Source: an uncultured Clostridia bacterium (lineage in GTDB: Bacteria > Bacillota > Clostridia > Christensenellales > Borkfalkiaceae). From it: 64,000 nt of DNA. The notes beneath the pieces are model-generated. The model saw nothing but the letters and a program-made list of their open reading frames with translations. It ran no database searches and had not been told where the DNA came from. A program made the translations under genes and the position numbers. Numbering within the stretch: the stretch's first letter is position 1; each line of letters opens with the position of its first letter. The stretch is from assembly GCA_947630115.1 (NCBI GenBank), contig CANRGG010000008.1, positions 351 to 64,350 of the forward strand, in the 5' to 3' direction. Positions 38,390-47,021 of this stretch are shown one piece after another.

Positions 38390-39195
38390 TTTGCCGTCTT
38401 TTCCTTCTTCTTGCGCTTTTTGTTCGCGAGCATTTTGCGGTGCTCGGCGCGAAGCTCATAGAGCCGGTTTTTCAGCTTCTCGTCCGCCTCGTCATAGTCC
38501 GCTTGGGTGAGTTTTCTGTCATAATATTCGGAAAGTTCCATGGGTTCGCCGAATACGACATGCGTGACATGGAAAAGTTTCGGGCGGTTGCAGAGGACGA
38601 ACGGGATGACGGGCGTCTTGGTCTTGATGGCGAGCAGCGCCGCGCCGCCGTGGAAGGGCAGAAATTCCTCGTCCGAGACCTTGTTGCGCGTCCCTTCGGG
38701 GAACATCGAGAGCTTTTCCCCGTTTTTGAGGACCTTCATGGCGTCCATGAGAGTGCGCACGTCCGTGCCGTCGCGCATGGCGGGGATCGCCCCGACCCGT
38801 CTTGCCAAAAATCCCACGACAGGAACGCGCAGAAGGGACTCCTTCATGAGATAATGAATCCCCTCTCCCGTCGTCCGCGCGGGATAAAAAATGTCCCAGA
38901 TACAATAATGATTGCCGAAGTAGATATATGCGCCGAGACCGATCTTTTTGTTGCCGTAGAGCTTATAGGGATAGACGAGAAAATGCACGGGATAGAACAA
39001 AAAGCGCAGAAAGTTCATGAGATGCATGACATGCTTCCCCTTCCGGTTCGCGGGGAACAGGAGTTTGCGCTGCTTTTCGCGCTTTGCCTGCTTCTTTTTC
39101 TCTTTCAGCGCCTTCTTTTCGGCTTTCTGCCGCTCTTTTTCGGCTTTTTTGTCGTTTTTCGGGACGATCTTTTCCCGGTCGGATGGCTCCGTCAT
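38386..39195 (-). CDS. plsC: 1-acyl-sn-glycerol-3-phosphate acyltransferase
   Basis: 269 aa. HX4D motif NHYCIWD and FPEGTR. Lys-rich ~50-aa N-terminal tail and a C-terminal tail. 4-nt overlaps with both neighbouring genes. Confidence 0.85.
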   Translation of the reverse strand: MTEPSDREKIVPKNDKKAEKERQKAEKKALKEKKKQAKREKQRKLLFPANRKGKHVMHLMNFLRFLFYPVHFLVYPYKLYGNKKIGLGAYIYFGNHYCIWDIFYPARTTGEGIHYLMKESLLRVPVVGFLARRVGAIPAMRDGTDVRTLMDAMKVLKNGEKLSMFPEGTRNKVSDEEFLPFHGGAALLAIKTKTPVIPFVLCNRPKLFHVTHVVFGEPMELSEYYDRKLTQADYDEADEKLKNRLYELRAEHRKMLANKKRKKKEKTAK

Positions 39196-40205
39196 GAAAT
39201 TTTCTCCTTGACGATCTTCATGATCGCCTCCAAAACTTCGTCCGCCGTCATCGAAGAGGAGTCGATCTCAACGGCGTCGTCGGCCTTTTTCAAAGGGGCG
39301 GTGGCGCGCGTCGAATCCTGCTCGTCCCGCCGCATGATCTCTTTGAGAAGTTCATTGAAATCGACGGCGTATCCCTTGGCGGTGAGTTCGTCGAATCTGC
39401 GTTTTGCGCGCACTTCGGGACGAGCGGTGAGAAAGATCTTGACGTCCGCCTCGGGCAGAACGAAGGTGCCGATGTCCCTGCCGTCCAGAACGCAAGACAT
39501 CCTGCCTGCGATCTCGCGCTGTTTCTCGGTCAGATGATAGCGCACGCTCCGATAGGTCGAGACGGTGGACGCCGCCATCGCCACTTGCGGTTTTCGGATC
39601 GCTTCGGAAACGTCCACGCCGTCGAGCAGGGTATGCTGCTCGTCGTTTTCATAGGAGATGTCGATCTTCACGCCGAGGAGCAGATCATAAACGGCCGTCT
39701 CGTTCCTTATATCCACCCCCGAATCGAGCACTTTCAGCCCGCAGGCGCGGTACATGGCGCCCGTGTCGAGATGGGCGATCCCCAGCCGCCGGGCAAGCGC
39801 CTTCGAGAGCGTGGATTTCCCGCTCCCCGACGGTCCGTCAATCGCGATCTTGATCTTGGGTTTCAGATCTTTCCGCAAATGTCTTGCCCCGCGCAGATAG
39901 ACGTGCTGGGGCTCGAAGTTTTTCTCGACGAAGATCATCACGCGGATACAGAGTTTGAGGCCCCCGTCGATGTCGGGCTCCTGTGCCGAAAAGAGCGAAC
40001 CGCTCGCCGCAAAGCCCGCCTCGCGCGCCGCCTTGGCGGGATAGTAGGAATGGATGTCGCTCGTGCTCGTAAAGACGAGGCTCATCATCTCGTCGCGCTT
40101 CAGATCGTTCCGGCTCTCGATCTGTTCGAGCATTTCCTTCACCGCTTTTTTGATCTCCTCCGCGCTGTCCTCGGGGATCGTTGTCGCACCGCGAATAATC
40201 GTCAT
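39192..40205 (-). CDS. aroH-cmk: Fusion of AroH-type chorismate mutase (aa 1-~118) and cytidylate kinase (aa ~119-337)
   Basis: N-terminus: IIRGATTIPEDSAEEI...VFTSTSDIHSYYPAKAAR...GGLKLCIRVMIF matches the B. subtilis AroH pattern. C-terminus: IAIDGPSGSGKSTLSKALA P-loop and DTGAMYRA of Cmk. One uninterrupted ORF. Confidence 0.85.
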   Translation of the reverse strand: MTIIRGATTIPEDSAEEIKKAVKEMLEQIESRNDLKRDEMMSLVFTSTSDIHSYYPAKAAREAGFAASGSLFSAQEPDIDGGLKLCIRVMIFVEKNFEPQHVYLRGARHLRKDLKPKIKIAIDGPSGSGKSTLSKALARRLGIAHLDTGAMYRACGLKVLDSGVDIRNETAVYDLLLGVKIDISYENDEQHTLLDGVDVSEAIRKPQVAMAASTVSTYRSVRYHLTEKQREIAGRMSCVLDGRDIGTFVLPEADVKIFLTARPEVRAKRRFDELTAKGYAVDFNELLKEIMRRDEQDSTRATAPLKKADDAVEIDSSSMTADEVLEAIMKIVKEKIS

Positions 40206-40271
40206 ATTTTTTCCCTCATTGGTTGTATTTTCCCTGTTTGTCTGTCATTATAACCCATTTTTGCCCAATCG

Positions 40272-41528
40272 TCAACGGTTTTGCCCGCATTCGTTTGCGG
40301 GAATCCCGCTGCCCGCCGCAAATCCCGTCGCAAAGGCGATCTGCAGGTTAAATCCGCCCGTGAACGCGTCGAGATCGAGAGTCTCGCCGCAAAAATACAG
40401 CCCCTTCACGAGCTTGCTCTCCATGGTCCGGGGATCAATTTCGGAAAGGGAAACGCCGCCGGACGTTACAACCGCCTCGTCGAATCCGCGAAGGGAAACG
40501 GGACGGAGCGGGAACGCCTTCAGGGCGGAAACGAGGCGCAAACGCTCTTCTTTCGTCACTGCGGCAGCCTGTTTTTCGGGCAGGATCCCGGCCTCGCGCA
40601 AGACCATTTGCGCAAGCGAGGCGGGAAGCAGCGAACGCATGACGCTTTTTCCCTGTTCGCGGCTGCGCGACGAAAATTCCCGGACAAGCCTTTCACTCAG
40701 CTGCCCTTCGCTCAACGCGGGCTTGAAATCGAGAAAAAGCTCGATCTCGTCAAGCGGCAGCCGGTTGATGAGCGCGGAAAGCGACAAGACGAGCGGCCCG
40801 CTCAGCCCGTAATGAGTGAAGAGCACCTCGCCGAGTCGGGAAAAGATCTCCTTCTTGCTCCGCTTTGCGCGCAGCACGGCATTTTTGACCGTCACCCCCT
40901 GCACCGCGGAAAAATCGCCTTGAAGTTCGAGCCCCACAAGCGACGGAACGCACGGCGTCAGGGTATGCCCGAGCTCCGCCGCAAACTTCATTCCGTCGCC
41001 CGTCGAGCCCGTGGACGGATAGGAAAGTCCTCCCGTTGCAACGACCGCCGCATCGAAAGAAATCGTCTCATTTTTCAATACTATGTCAGACATAGTACTA
41101 TGCAAAACGCCGATTTTCAACACTTCGGTGTTCAATTTTACGGTCACGCCGACGCTTTTGCACATTTTTTCAAGCGTTTTGGTGACGTCGCTCGCGTGAT
41201 CGCTGGCGGGAAATACCCTTTTCCCCCGTTCGGTTTTGAGCGGCAGACCGTGTTCTTCCAGAAGTTCCATCATCGCCTGCGGCGGGAAACGGTAGATCGC
41301 GCCGCGCAAAAATTTCTCGCCGCGGACGACGTTTTGCAGAAATTCGTCGGGCGGGCAATCGTTCGTGAGGTTGCACCTCCCCTTTCCCGTGAGATAGAGT
41401 TTTTTCCCGAGTTTTTCGTTCTTTTCGAAAAGGGTGACGCGATGTCCGTTTTTCGCCGCAAAATATGCCGCCACAAGCCCGCTCGCGCCGCCTCCGATCA
41501 CCGCGACTTTCATGCCCGTTTTAGCCAC
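40272..41528 (-). CDS. HI0933/BaiN-type NAD(P)/FAD-dependent oxidoreductase
   Basis: 418 aa. VAVIGGGASGL dinucleotide loop, GKGRCNLTN, ATGGLSYPSTGSTGDG, and C-terminal FCGETLDLDAFTGGFNLQ. Confidence 0.85.
   Translation of the reverse strand: MAKTGMKVAVIGGGASGLVAAYFAAKNGHRVTLFEKNEKLGKKLYLTGKGRCNLTNDCPPDEFLQNVVRGEKFLRGAIYRFPPQAMMELLEEHGLPLKTERGKRVFPASDHASDVTKTLEKMCKSVGVTVKLNTEVLKIGVLHSTMSDIVLKNETISFDAAVVATGGLSYPSTGSTGDGMKFAAELGHTLTPCVPSLVGLELQGDFSAVQGVTVKNAVLRAKRSKKEIFSRLGEVLFTHYGLSGPLVLSLSALINRLPLDEIELFLDFKPALSEGQLSERLVREFSSRSREQGKSVMRSLLPASLAQMVLREAGILPEKQAAAVTKEERLRLVSALKAFPLRPVSLRGFDEAVVTSGGVSLSEIDPRTMESKLVKGLYFCGETLDLDAFTGGFNLQIAFATGFAAGSGIPANECGQNR
41076..41097. repeat. Exact 22-nt copy of the operator dyad at 7296-7317, inside the flavoprotein CDS
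   Basis: CAATACTATGTCAGACATAGTA is identical at both sites. It contains the 19-nt palindrome TACTATGTC-a-GACATAGTA and encodes TMSDIV in the host gene. Confidence 0.9.
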
Positions 41529-42235
41529 CTTTCGAGCGTTTCGTAGTCGGTCAGGTCGATTTTGAGCGGCGTGATCGTCAGATATCCCGCTTTGATGAGC
41601 GGAATGTCGCCTTCACCCGCGGGTTCGGGCGGATGAAATTCCATTCTGAGCCCCTCGTCCGTTTCGCGGTAGCTCGTGTTATAGACGGTATGTGCCTGCT
41701 TGCAAAAACGGACGCCGAGCGGCTTCTGCGGCGGGAAATTGATATTCACCGCGCCCGTCTCCTTGGCAAGTTCGTACCATTCGTCGAGCCGATCCGCCGC
41801 AAGGTTTGCGGTGTTTTGAAGCGCCCTCGTCAATTTTTCGGGCGTGTCGAGCCCGTGCAAATATTGCGAGAGCGCGATGGACGGGATCTTGTTCTGCGCG
41901 CCTTCGAGCGCGGCGGCGACCGTTCCCGAATAGAGCACGTCGCTGCCGACGTTTACGCCCGTATTGATCCCCGAAAGGACGAGATCGGGCCGAAAATGTA
42001 AGTGGCAAAGCCCCAGGATCACGCAGTCCGTGGGCGTGCCGGACACCGCATAGCGCCCCGCCGCGATCTTCTCAATCCTGACGGGCGTATGCATGTTGAT
42101 CTTGTGCGAAACGGCGGAGTTGTTCTCCTTGGGCGCGACGACCAAAACTTCGTCGCCCCGCTTTTCTAATACAGAGACGAGGACCTGTATGCCCTCGCCT
42201 CCGATTCCATCGTCGTTTGTCAGTAAAATTTTCAT
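41510..42235 (-). CDS. surE: 5'/3'-nucleotidase SurE
   Basis: 241 aa. MKILLTNDDGIGGEG, SGINTGVNVG. 19-nt overlap with the downstream flavoprotein gene. Confidence 0.93.
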   Translation of the reverse strand: MKILLTNDDGIGGEGIQVLVSVLEKRGDEVLVVAPKENNSAVSHKINMHTPVRIEKIAAGRYAVSGTPTDCVILGLCHLHFRPDLVLSGINTGVNVGSDVLYSGTVAAALEGAQNKIPSIALSQYLHGLDTPEKLTRALQNTANLAADRLDEWYELAKETGAVNINFPPQKPLGVRFCKQAHTVYNTSYRETDEGLRMEFHPPEPAGEGDIPLIKAGYLTITPLKIDLTDYETLERWLKRA

Positions 42236-42256
42236 AGGAAGGTACCCGATTTGATC

Positions 42257-43672
42257 TCAGACGGGATAGACGCCCGTCTTGGCAAGATCGCTGTCGACGC
42301 CCTCGCGCGCCGCCTTGCGCCATTTGAAGAAGTTCTCGGCCACTTCGGGGAAGGAAGCATAGGAGAGCACGTCCTCCTCCTGCGTGTAATAGCCCTTCTG
42401 AACAACCTCCGCCTTGAGCTTTTCGTATTCGGGCGCAAGATCGTCCGCGGGACGGTAGGTAATTCGCTTTTCCCCTTTCAGAACCTTTGCCGCGACCTCT
42501 TCGTTGATCGGCATCGGGAGCTGCCCGTATTTGCCCGCCAGAAGATCTTTCGTCTCCTTCGTGACCATCTTGTACCGCTCGCCGCCGATGACGTTCATGA
42601 CTGCCTGCGTGCCGACGATCTGCGAAGAAGGAGTGACGAGGGGCGGATAGCCGCAGTCCTTTCTCACATTCGGAACTTCCGCCAAAACTTCGTTGAGTTT
42701 CTCCTCTTTGCCCGCCTTTTTGAGCTGGTTCATGAGGTTGGAGAGCATGCCGCCCGGGACTTGATAGATAAGCGTCTTGACATCCACCTGGCGAACTTTC
42801 GGGTTGAGAAAGCCCTCTTTTTCAAGCTCGGCCGCCACTTTTTTGAAGTGTTCGGCGATCGGGATGAGCTTTTCAAGCTCGATCCCCGTGTCGTATTCGG
42901 TGCCCTTCAGCGTCGCAACGAGCGGCTCAGTCGCAGGCTGAGAAGTGCCGTTTGCAAGCGGCGAAAGCGCGGTGTCCACAATGTCCACCCCCGCCTTGAT
43001 CGCCATGAGATTGACCATATCGCCCGTGCCCGTCGTGTTGTGTGTGTGCATATGGATCTTGGTCTCGGGACGGAGCGCCTTTCTGAGCGCCGAAACGAGC
43101 TCGAACGCGTCGAAGGGCAAGAGCAGGTTCGCCATGTCCTTGATACAGATGTTGTCCGCCCCCATGTCCTCGTAGGTCTTGGCAAGTTTGACGAAATATT
43201 CGAGGGTATGAACGGGGCTCGTCGTATAGGAGATCGCCGCCTCGCAGACGCCTCCGCATGCCGCGCCGTATTTTTTGATTGCCTTCATCGAGGATTCGAT
43301 GTTTCTGGGATCGTTGAGTGCGTCGAACACCCGGACCACGCCGACACCGTTTTCAAACGACTTCTCGACGACTTTCTCGACGAGGTCGTCCGCATAGTTG
43401 CGATAGCCCAGAAGGTTCTGCCCGCGGAGAAGCATTTGGATGGGCGTCTTTTTCAGATATTTTTTGAGGGTCCGGAGCCGTTCCCAAGGATCCTCGTTCA
43501 AAAAGCGCATACAGGAATCGAAGGTCGCCCCGCCCCAGCCCTCGAGGGAATAATAGCCCACTTCATCGAGCTGGGAAAGCACGGGGATCATCTGTTCGGT
43601 GCGCATACGCGTCGCGGCGTGCGATTGGTGCGCGTCGCGCAAAATCGTATCTGTAATCAAAACCTTTTTCAT
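42257..43672 (-). CDS. oadA: 5S-type carboxyltransferase (oxaloacetate decarboxylase alpha / pyruvate carboxylase subunit B-like), no biotinyl domain
   Basis: 471 aa. ITDTILRDAHQS TIM-barrel start and the HMHTHNTTG metal site. Ends without a C-terminal AMKM biotin domain. Confidence 0.9.
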   Translation of the reverse strand: MKKVLITDTILRDAHQSHAATRMRTEQMIPVLSQLDEVGYYSLEGWGGATFDSCMRFLNEDPWERLRTLKKYLKKTPIQMLLRGQNLLGYRNYADDLVEKVVEKSFENGVGVVRVFDALNDPRNIESSMKAIKKYGAACGGVCEAAISYTTSPVHTLEYFVKLAKTYEDMGADNICIKDMANLLLPFDAFELVSALRKALRPETKIHMHTHNTTGTGDMVNLMAIKAGVDIVDTALSPLANGTSQPATEPLVATLKGTEYDTGIELEKLIPIAEHFKKVAAELEKEGFLNPKVRQVDVKTLIYQVPGGMLSNLMNQLKKAGKEEKLNEVLAEVPNVRKDCGYPPLVTPSSQIVGTQAVMNVIGGERYKMVTKETKDLLAGKYGQLPMPINEEVAAKVLKGEKRITYRPADDLAPEYEKLKAEVVQKGYYTQEEDVLSYASFPEVAENFFKWRKAAREGVDSDLAKTGVYPV

Positions 43673-43709
43673 GTCATTTTTCTCCTTGAATTATCTCCCG
43701 GTCCGTCCG

Positions 43710-44894
43710 TCAGCCGAAGATCGCCAGCAAAATTCCCGCGGCGAGAGCGGAGCCGATGACGCCCGCAACGTTCGGTCCCATTGCGTGCATGAGCAAATGG
43801 TTCTGAGGATCGGTCTCCCGGCCGACGTCCTCCGAGATCCGTGCCGCCATGGGCACGGCGGAGACGCCCGCGGAGCCGATGAGCGGGTTGATCTTCCCCT
43901 TCGTGAGCTTGCACATGATCTTTGCAGTGAGAAGTCCGCCGATCGTGCCGCAGTAGAATGCGATGACGCCGATGACGATGATACTGAGCGTATCCGTCGT
44001 GAGGAACACGTCGCCCCGCGCCTTGCAGCCGACCGCGATCCCCAAAAAGATGGTGACCGTGTTGATGAGCCCGTTCTGCGCCTGCGAGGAGAGCCGCTCC
44101 ACGACGCCCGATTCCCGGAACAGGTTCCCGAGCATGAGCATGCCGACGAGCGGGATCGCGTCGGGCAGAAAAATGCCGACGACCAGCGTGATCGCCACGG
44201 GGAAGATGATCTTCTCGATCTTCGAGACCTGGCGCAGGGGCTTCATGCGGATCGCGCGCTCCTTCTTCGTCGTGAGCAGCCGCATGATCGGCTTCTGGAT
44301 GACGGGGATGAGCGCCATATAGGAGTATGCCGCGATCGCGATCATGGGAAGAAGGTGCTCGGCGAGTTTCTTGGCGACATAGATCGCCGTGGGGCCGTCC
44401 GCGCCGCCGATGATGGCGATCGCCGCGGCTTCCGCGCCCGAAAATCCGAGCAGGATCGCTCCGAAGAGAGCGATGAAAATGCCCAGCTGGGCGCCCGCGC
44501 CGATGATCATGCTCTTCGGGTTCGCGATGAGCGGTCCGAAGTCGGTCATCGCGCCGATCCCGAGGAAGATGAGCGGCGGATAGATGACCTTATCGACGCC
44601 GTAATACAGATACCATAGGAGCCCGCGGTTTTCAACGAGGTCATAGGTATGCGCTTCGTCGGTGTAAGTTCCCCAAAGCACCCTCTCCGCGCCCGGAATG
44701 TTGATGAGAAACATTCCGAATGCGATGGGAAGCAGGAGCATGGGCTCAAACTTCTTGACGATCGCAAGAAACATCAGGACAAAGGAGATCGCAAGCATGA
44801 CATAGTTCTGCCAGGTCCCCTGCGATAGCCCCATCGACTCCCACAGATCGGTAAATACCTTTCCGAGGTCGAGAGCAAGGATATTCGTCTGCAT
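43710..44894 (-). CDS. oadB: Na+-translocating decarboxylase beta subunit
   Basis: 394 aa polytopic membrane protein with the OadB/GcdB/MmdB pattern (IGGADGPTAIY, GSAGVSAVPMAAR). Confidence 0.93.
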   Translation of the reverse strand: MQTNILALDLGKVFTDLWESMGLSQGTWQNYVMLAISFVLMFLAIVKKFEPMLLLPIAFGMFLINIPGAERVLWGTYTDEAHTYDLVENRGLLWYLYYGVDKVIYPPLIFLGIGAMTDFGPLIANPKSMIIGAGAQLGIFIALFGAILLGFSGAEAAAIAIIGGADGPTAIYVAKKLAEHLLPMIAIAAYSYMALIPVIQKPIMRLLTTKKERAIRMKPLRQVSKIEKIIFPVAITLVVGIFLPDAIPLVGMLMLGNLFRESGVVERLSSQAQNGLINTVTIFLGIAVGCKARGDVFLTTDTLSIIVIGVIAFYCGTIGGLLTAKIMCKLTKGKINPLIGSAGVSAVPMAARISEDVGRETDPQNHLLMHAMGPNVAGVIGSALAAGILLAIFG

Positions 44895-44906
44895 ATCACA
44901 CTCCGA

Positions 44907-45272
44907 TCAACCGATCACGGCAAGTACGGCGTCCGTCTCGACGTTTGCGCCCTTCTGAACGCAGTACGAGACCACCCCGTCGCAGGGCGCGGTGATGTCG
45001 TTGTCCATCTTCATCGCCTCGAGGACCAGAATGGGCTGATCCTTCTTGACGGGCGTCCCCTCCGCGCAGAGAAGATTTTTGATGAGCCCGGGGAAGGGCG
45101 AAACAACCTTCGTTCCGTTTTTCGCCGCAGCCTTGGGGGCTTCCTTCTTGGGCGCCGCCGCAGCCGTCTGTGCCGGAACGGGCACCGCCCGCTTTTCCGC
45201 ACCCGACGCGCCGACTTCCTCCACGCCGACTTCATAGCTCTTTCCGTCTACCGTAATGATAAAATTCCGCAT
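44907..45272 (-). CDS. Biotin carboxyl carrier protein (biotinyl domain)
   Basis: 121 aa. Ala/Pro linker, then LVLEAMKMDNDITAP (biotinyl-Lys motif). Confidence 0.87.
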   Translation of the reverse strand: MRNFIITVDGKSYEVGVEEVGASGAEKRAVPVPAQTAAAAPKKEAPKAAAKNGTKVVSPFPGLIKNLLCAEGTPVKKDQPILVLEAMKMDNDITAPCDGVVSYCVQKGANVETDAVLAVIG

Positions 45273-45287
45273 ATTAACTCCTTTTGA

Positions 45288-45644
45288 TTATAATCTTTTG
45301 ATTCTTTTTACGATAAAATCGCATTTCTGCGCTTCCCCCGACAGGGTGCAGGCGATCGCCGCCGTGATTGCGGCAACCACTTGGGGAGAGATCCCCTCTT
45401 CGATCCCGATCTCCTCCGTCGTTTGCGGCGCGGGAGCGAGCTCCTGCGTCTGCGCCTTCTTCTTTTCCGCTTCAGCTTTCGCCTGCCTGCGCTTGTCGAC
45501 CTTCTTCATCACAAGCCCCAAAACGGAGAAGATGAAGATCAGAACCGCAATGCCGCAAAAGACGAACAAAAATCCGAAGATCGCATAGAACGCCCCTTCG
45601 CCGATATCCATCTTGAAAAAGCCGTCAAGCAATGCCGTCCACAT
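45288..45644 (-). CDS. oadG: OadG-family decarboxylase small (gamma/delta) subunit
   Basis: 118 aa. Single N-terminal TM helix, a Lys/Ala-rich linker and the conserved C-terminal VVAAITAAI segment. Confidence 0.75.
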   Translation of the reverse strand: MWTALLDGFFKMDIGEGAFYAIFGFLFVFCGIAVLIFIFSVLGLVMKKVDKRRQAKAEAEKKKAQTQELAPAPQTTEEIGIEEGISPQVVAAITAAIACTLSGEAQKCDFIVKRIKRL

Positions 45645-45648
45645 CGTT

Positions 45649-47004
45649 TCACCTCATGAGCATCTGCAGGGACGCGATCAGATACTGTTTCAGGAACTGC
45701 GGCTCGATCACGTTGTCGAGATATCCGCCCTTCGCCGCATGGACGGGATCGGAATACTCCTCGGCATACCGCGCCAGAAGCTCCTCCTTGTCCTTGCCGC
45801 TCTCCTCCCGGTAGACGATCTCGGCGCCCTGCTCGCTTTCAAAGAGCGAGATCTCCGCGTTCGCCAGCGCATAGGTATAGTCGAAGCCGGCGGATTTCGC
45901 CGCGAACAGCGAATAGCCGAGCCCCACCGCGCGCCCCGTGACGACGGAGACCTTCGCGGCGTCGATGTTATCGAGCATGTTCAGATATTCGCCGACTTCC
46001 TTCAAAAAGGCGCTGTCGTTGACCGAAAGCGTCGGCTCCGCGCCGCCGCAGTCCACAAAGGTGACGAACGGCAGGTCGTAGCAGCTGGCAAGTTCCGCAA
46101 AGTCGCGTGCCTTGCGCACGTTTTCGGCATTCAAGACGGCTTTGTCGAACACGACCGCCGCGATTGCGATCCCGCCGACCCTTGCAAGGACCGTTTTGAC
46201 TTCGGGCGCGCAGTTCGCGCCGAGTTCCACCGCTCCTTCAAGCGCAGAGAGGACCGCCTTGGCGTCCGCCCCCTCGTTGAGCGCGGGAAGGGTCTCGTTG
46301 AGCTCCGCGTCGAGCACGGGCAAGGTGAGAAGTTCGTGGATCTCCCGGATCCGAGCGGAGACCTCTTCGAGATCCTTCGCCTCGATCGCGGGGAGCAAGG
46401 TATGCCGCAGCGCCGAATAGCCGCCGACTTCCTCTTTTTTGAGATTTTTGCCGCTCTTTGCCGCCAGAACGAGCGGGCTGGACACCGCAAGCGCGCTTTC
46501 CTTCAAAAAGAACACCGCGTCCGCTTCCGCCGCGATCGCCGCAGCCGCACCGAACACCTCGCCCATGACGATCGCATACTGCGGCACGCTGCCCTTCAGC
46601 TGCGCAGCCGCCGTCAGAACTTCCGCGATCCCTTCGAGCGCCTCGACCCCTTCGCCCAGCTTCACGCCCTGCGAATGGAGCAGCCAGACGACGGGCGTTG
46701 CGTTTTTCTCCGCGGCGCGGAGGGTCTTGACGACCTTGTCGCAATGCGCCTTGGTGAGTCCCCCGAAGCCGTTTTCGAAGTTCTGCCCGATCACATAGAA
46801 CGGATAGCCGCCGATCGTCGCAAATCCCGAAACGACCCCTTCTCCCTGCGGCGTATCGCCGTAGTGGAGCCTGTCGGAAAAGCTGAACGACGAAAGCTCG
46901 ACGAAACTGCTCTCGTCGAACAGTTCCGCGATCGCTCCCCGCACCGCTTTCCCGGCTTGTGCGAGCGCCTCTTTGCGCTCTCTCAACAAATTGATCCTAT
47001 CCAT
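45649..47004 (-). CDS. Divergent 12S-type acyl-CoA carboxyltransferase (MmdA/GcdA/PccB-like)
   Basis: 451 aa from ATG 47004. Two crotonase-like halves, but the usual motifs have drifted (SQGVKLGEG for GGARIQEG; VMGEVFGAAAAIA; FVDCGGAEPT; GRAVGLGYSLF). Confidence 0.75.
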   Translation of the reverse strand: MDRINLLRERKEALAQAGKAVRGAIAELFDESSFVELSSFSFSDRLHYGDTPQGEGVVSGFATIGGYPFYVIGQNFENGFGGLTKAHCDKVVKTLRAAEKNATPVVWLLHSQGVKLGEGVEALEGIAEVLTAAAQLKGSVPQYAIVMGEVFGAAAAIAAEADAVFFLKESALAVSSPLVLAAKSGKNLKKEEVGGYSALRHTLLPAIEAKDLEEVSARIREIHELLTLPVLDAELNETLPALNEGADAKAVLSALEGAVELGANCAPEVKTVLARVGGIAIAAVVFDKAVLNAENVRKARDFAELASCYDLPFVTFVDCGGAEPTLSVNDSAFLKEVGEYLNMLDNIDAAKVSVVTGRAVGLGYSLFAAKSAGFDYTYALANAEISLFESEQGAEIVYREESGKDKEELLARYAEEYSDPVHAAKGGYLDNVIEPQFLKQYLIASLQMLMR

Positions 47005-47021
47005 AAATACCTCTTCGGTTT

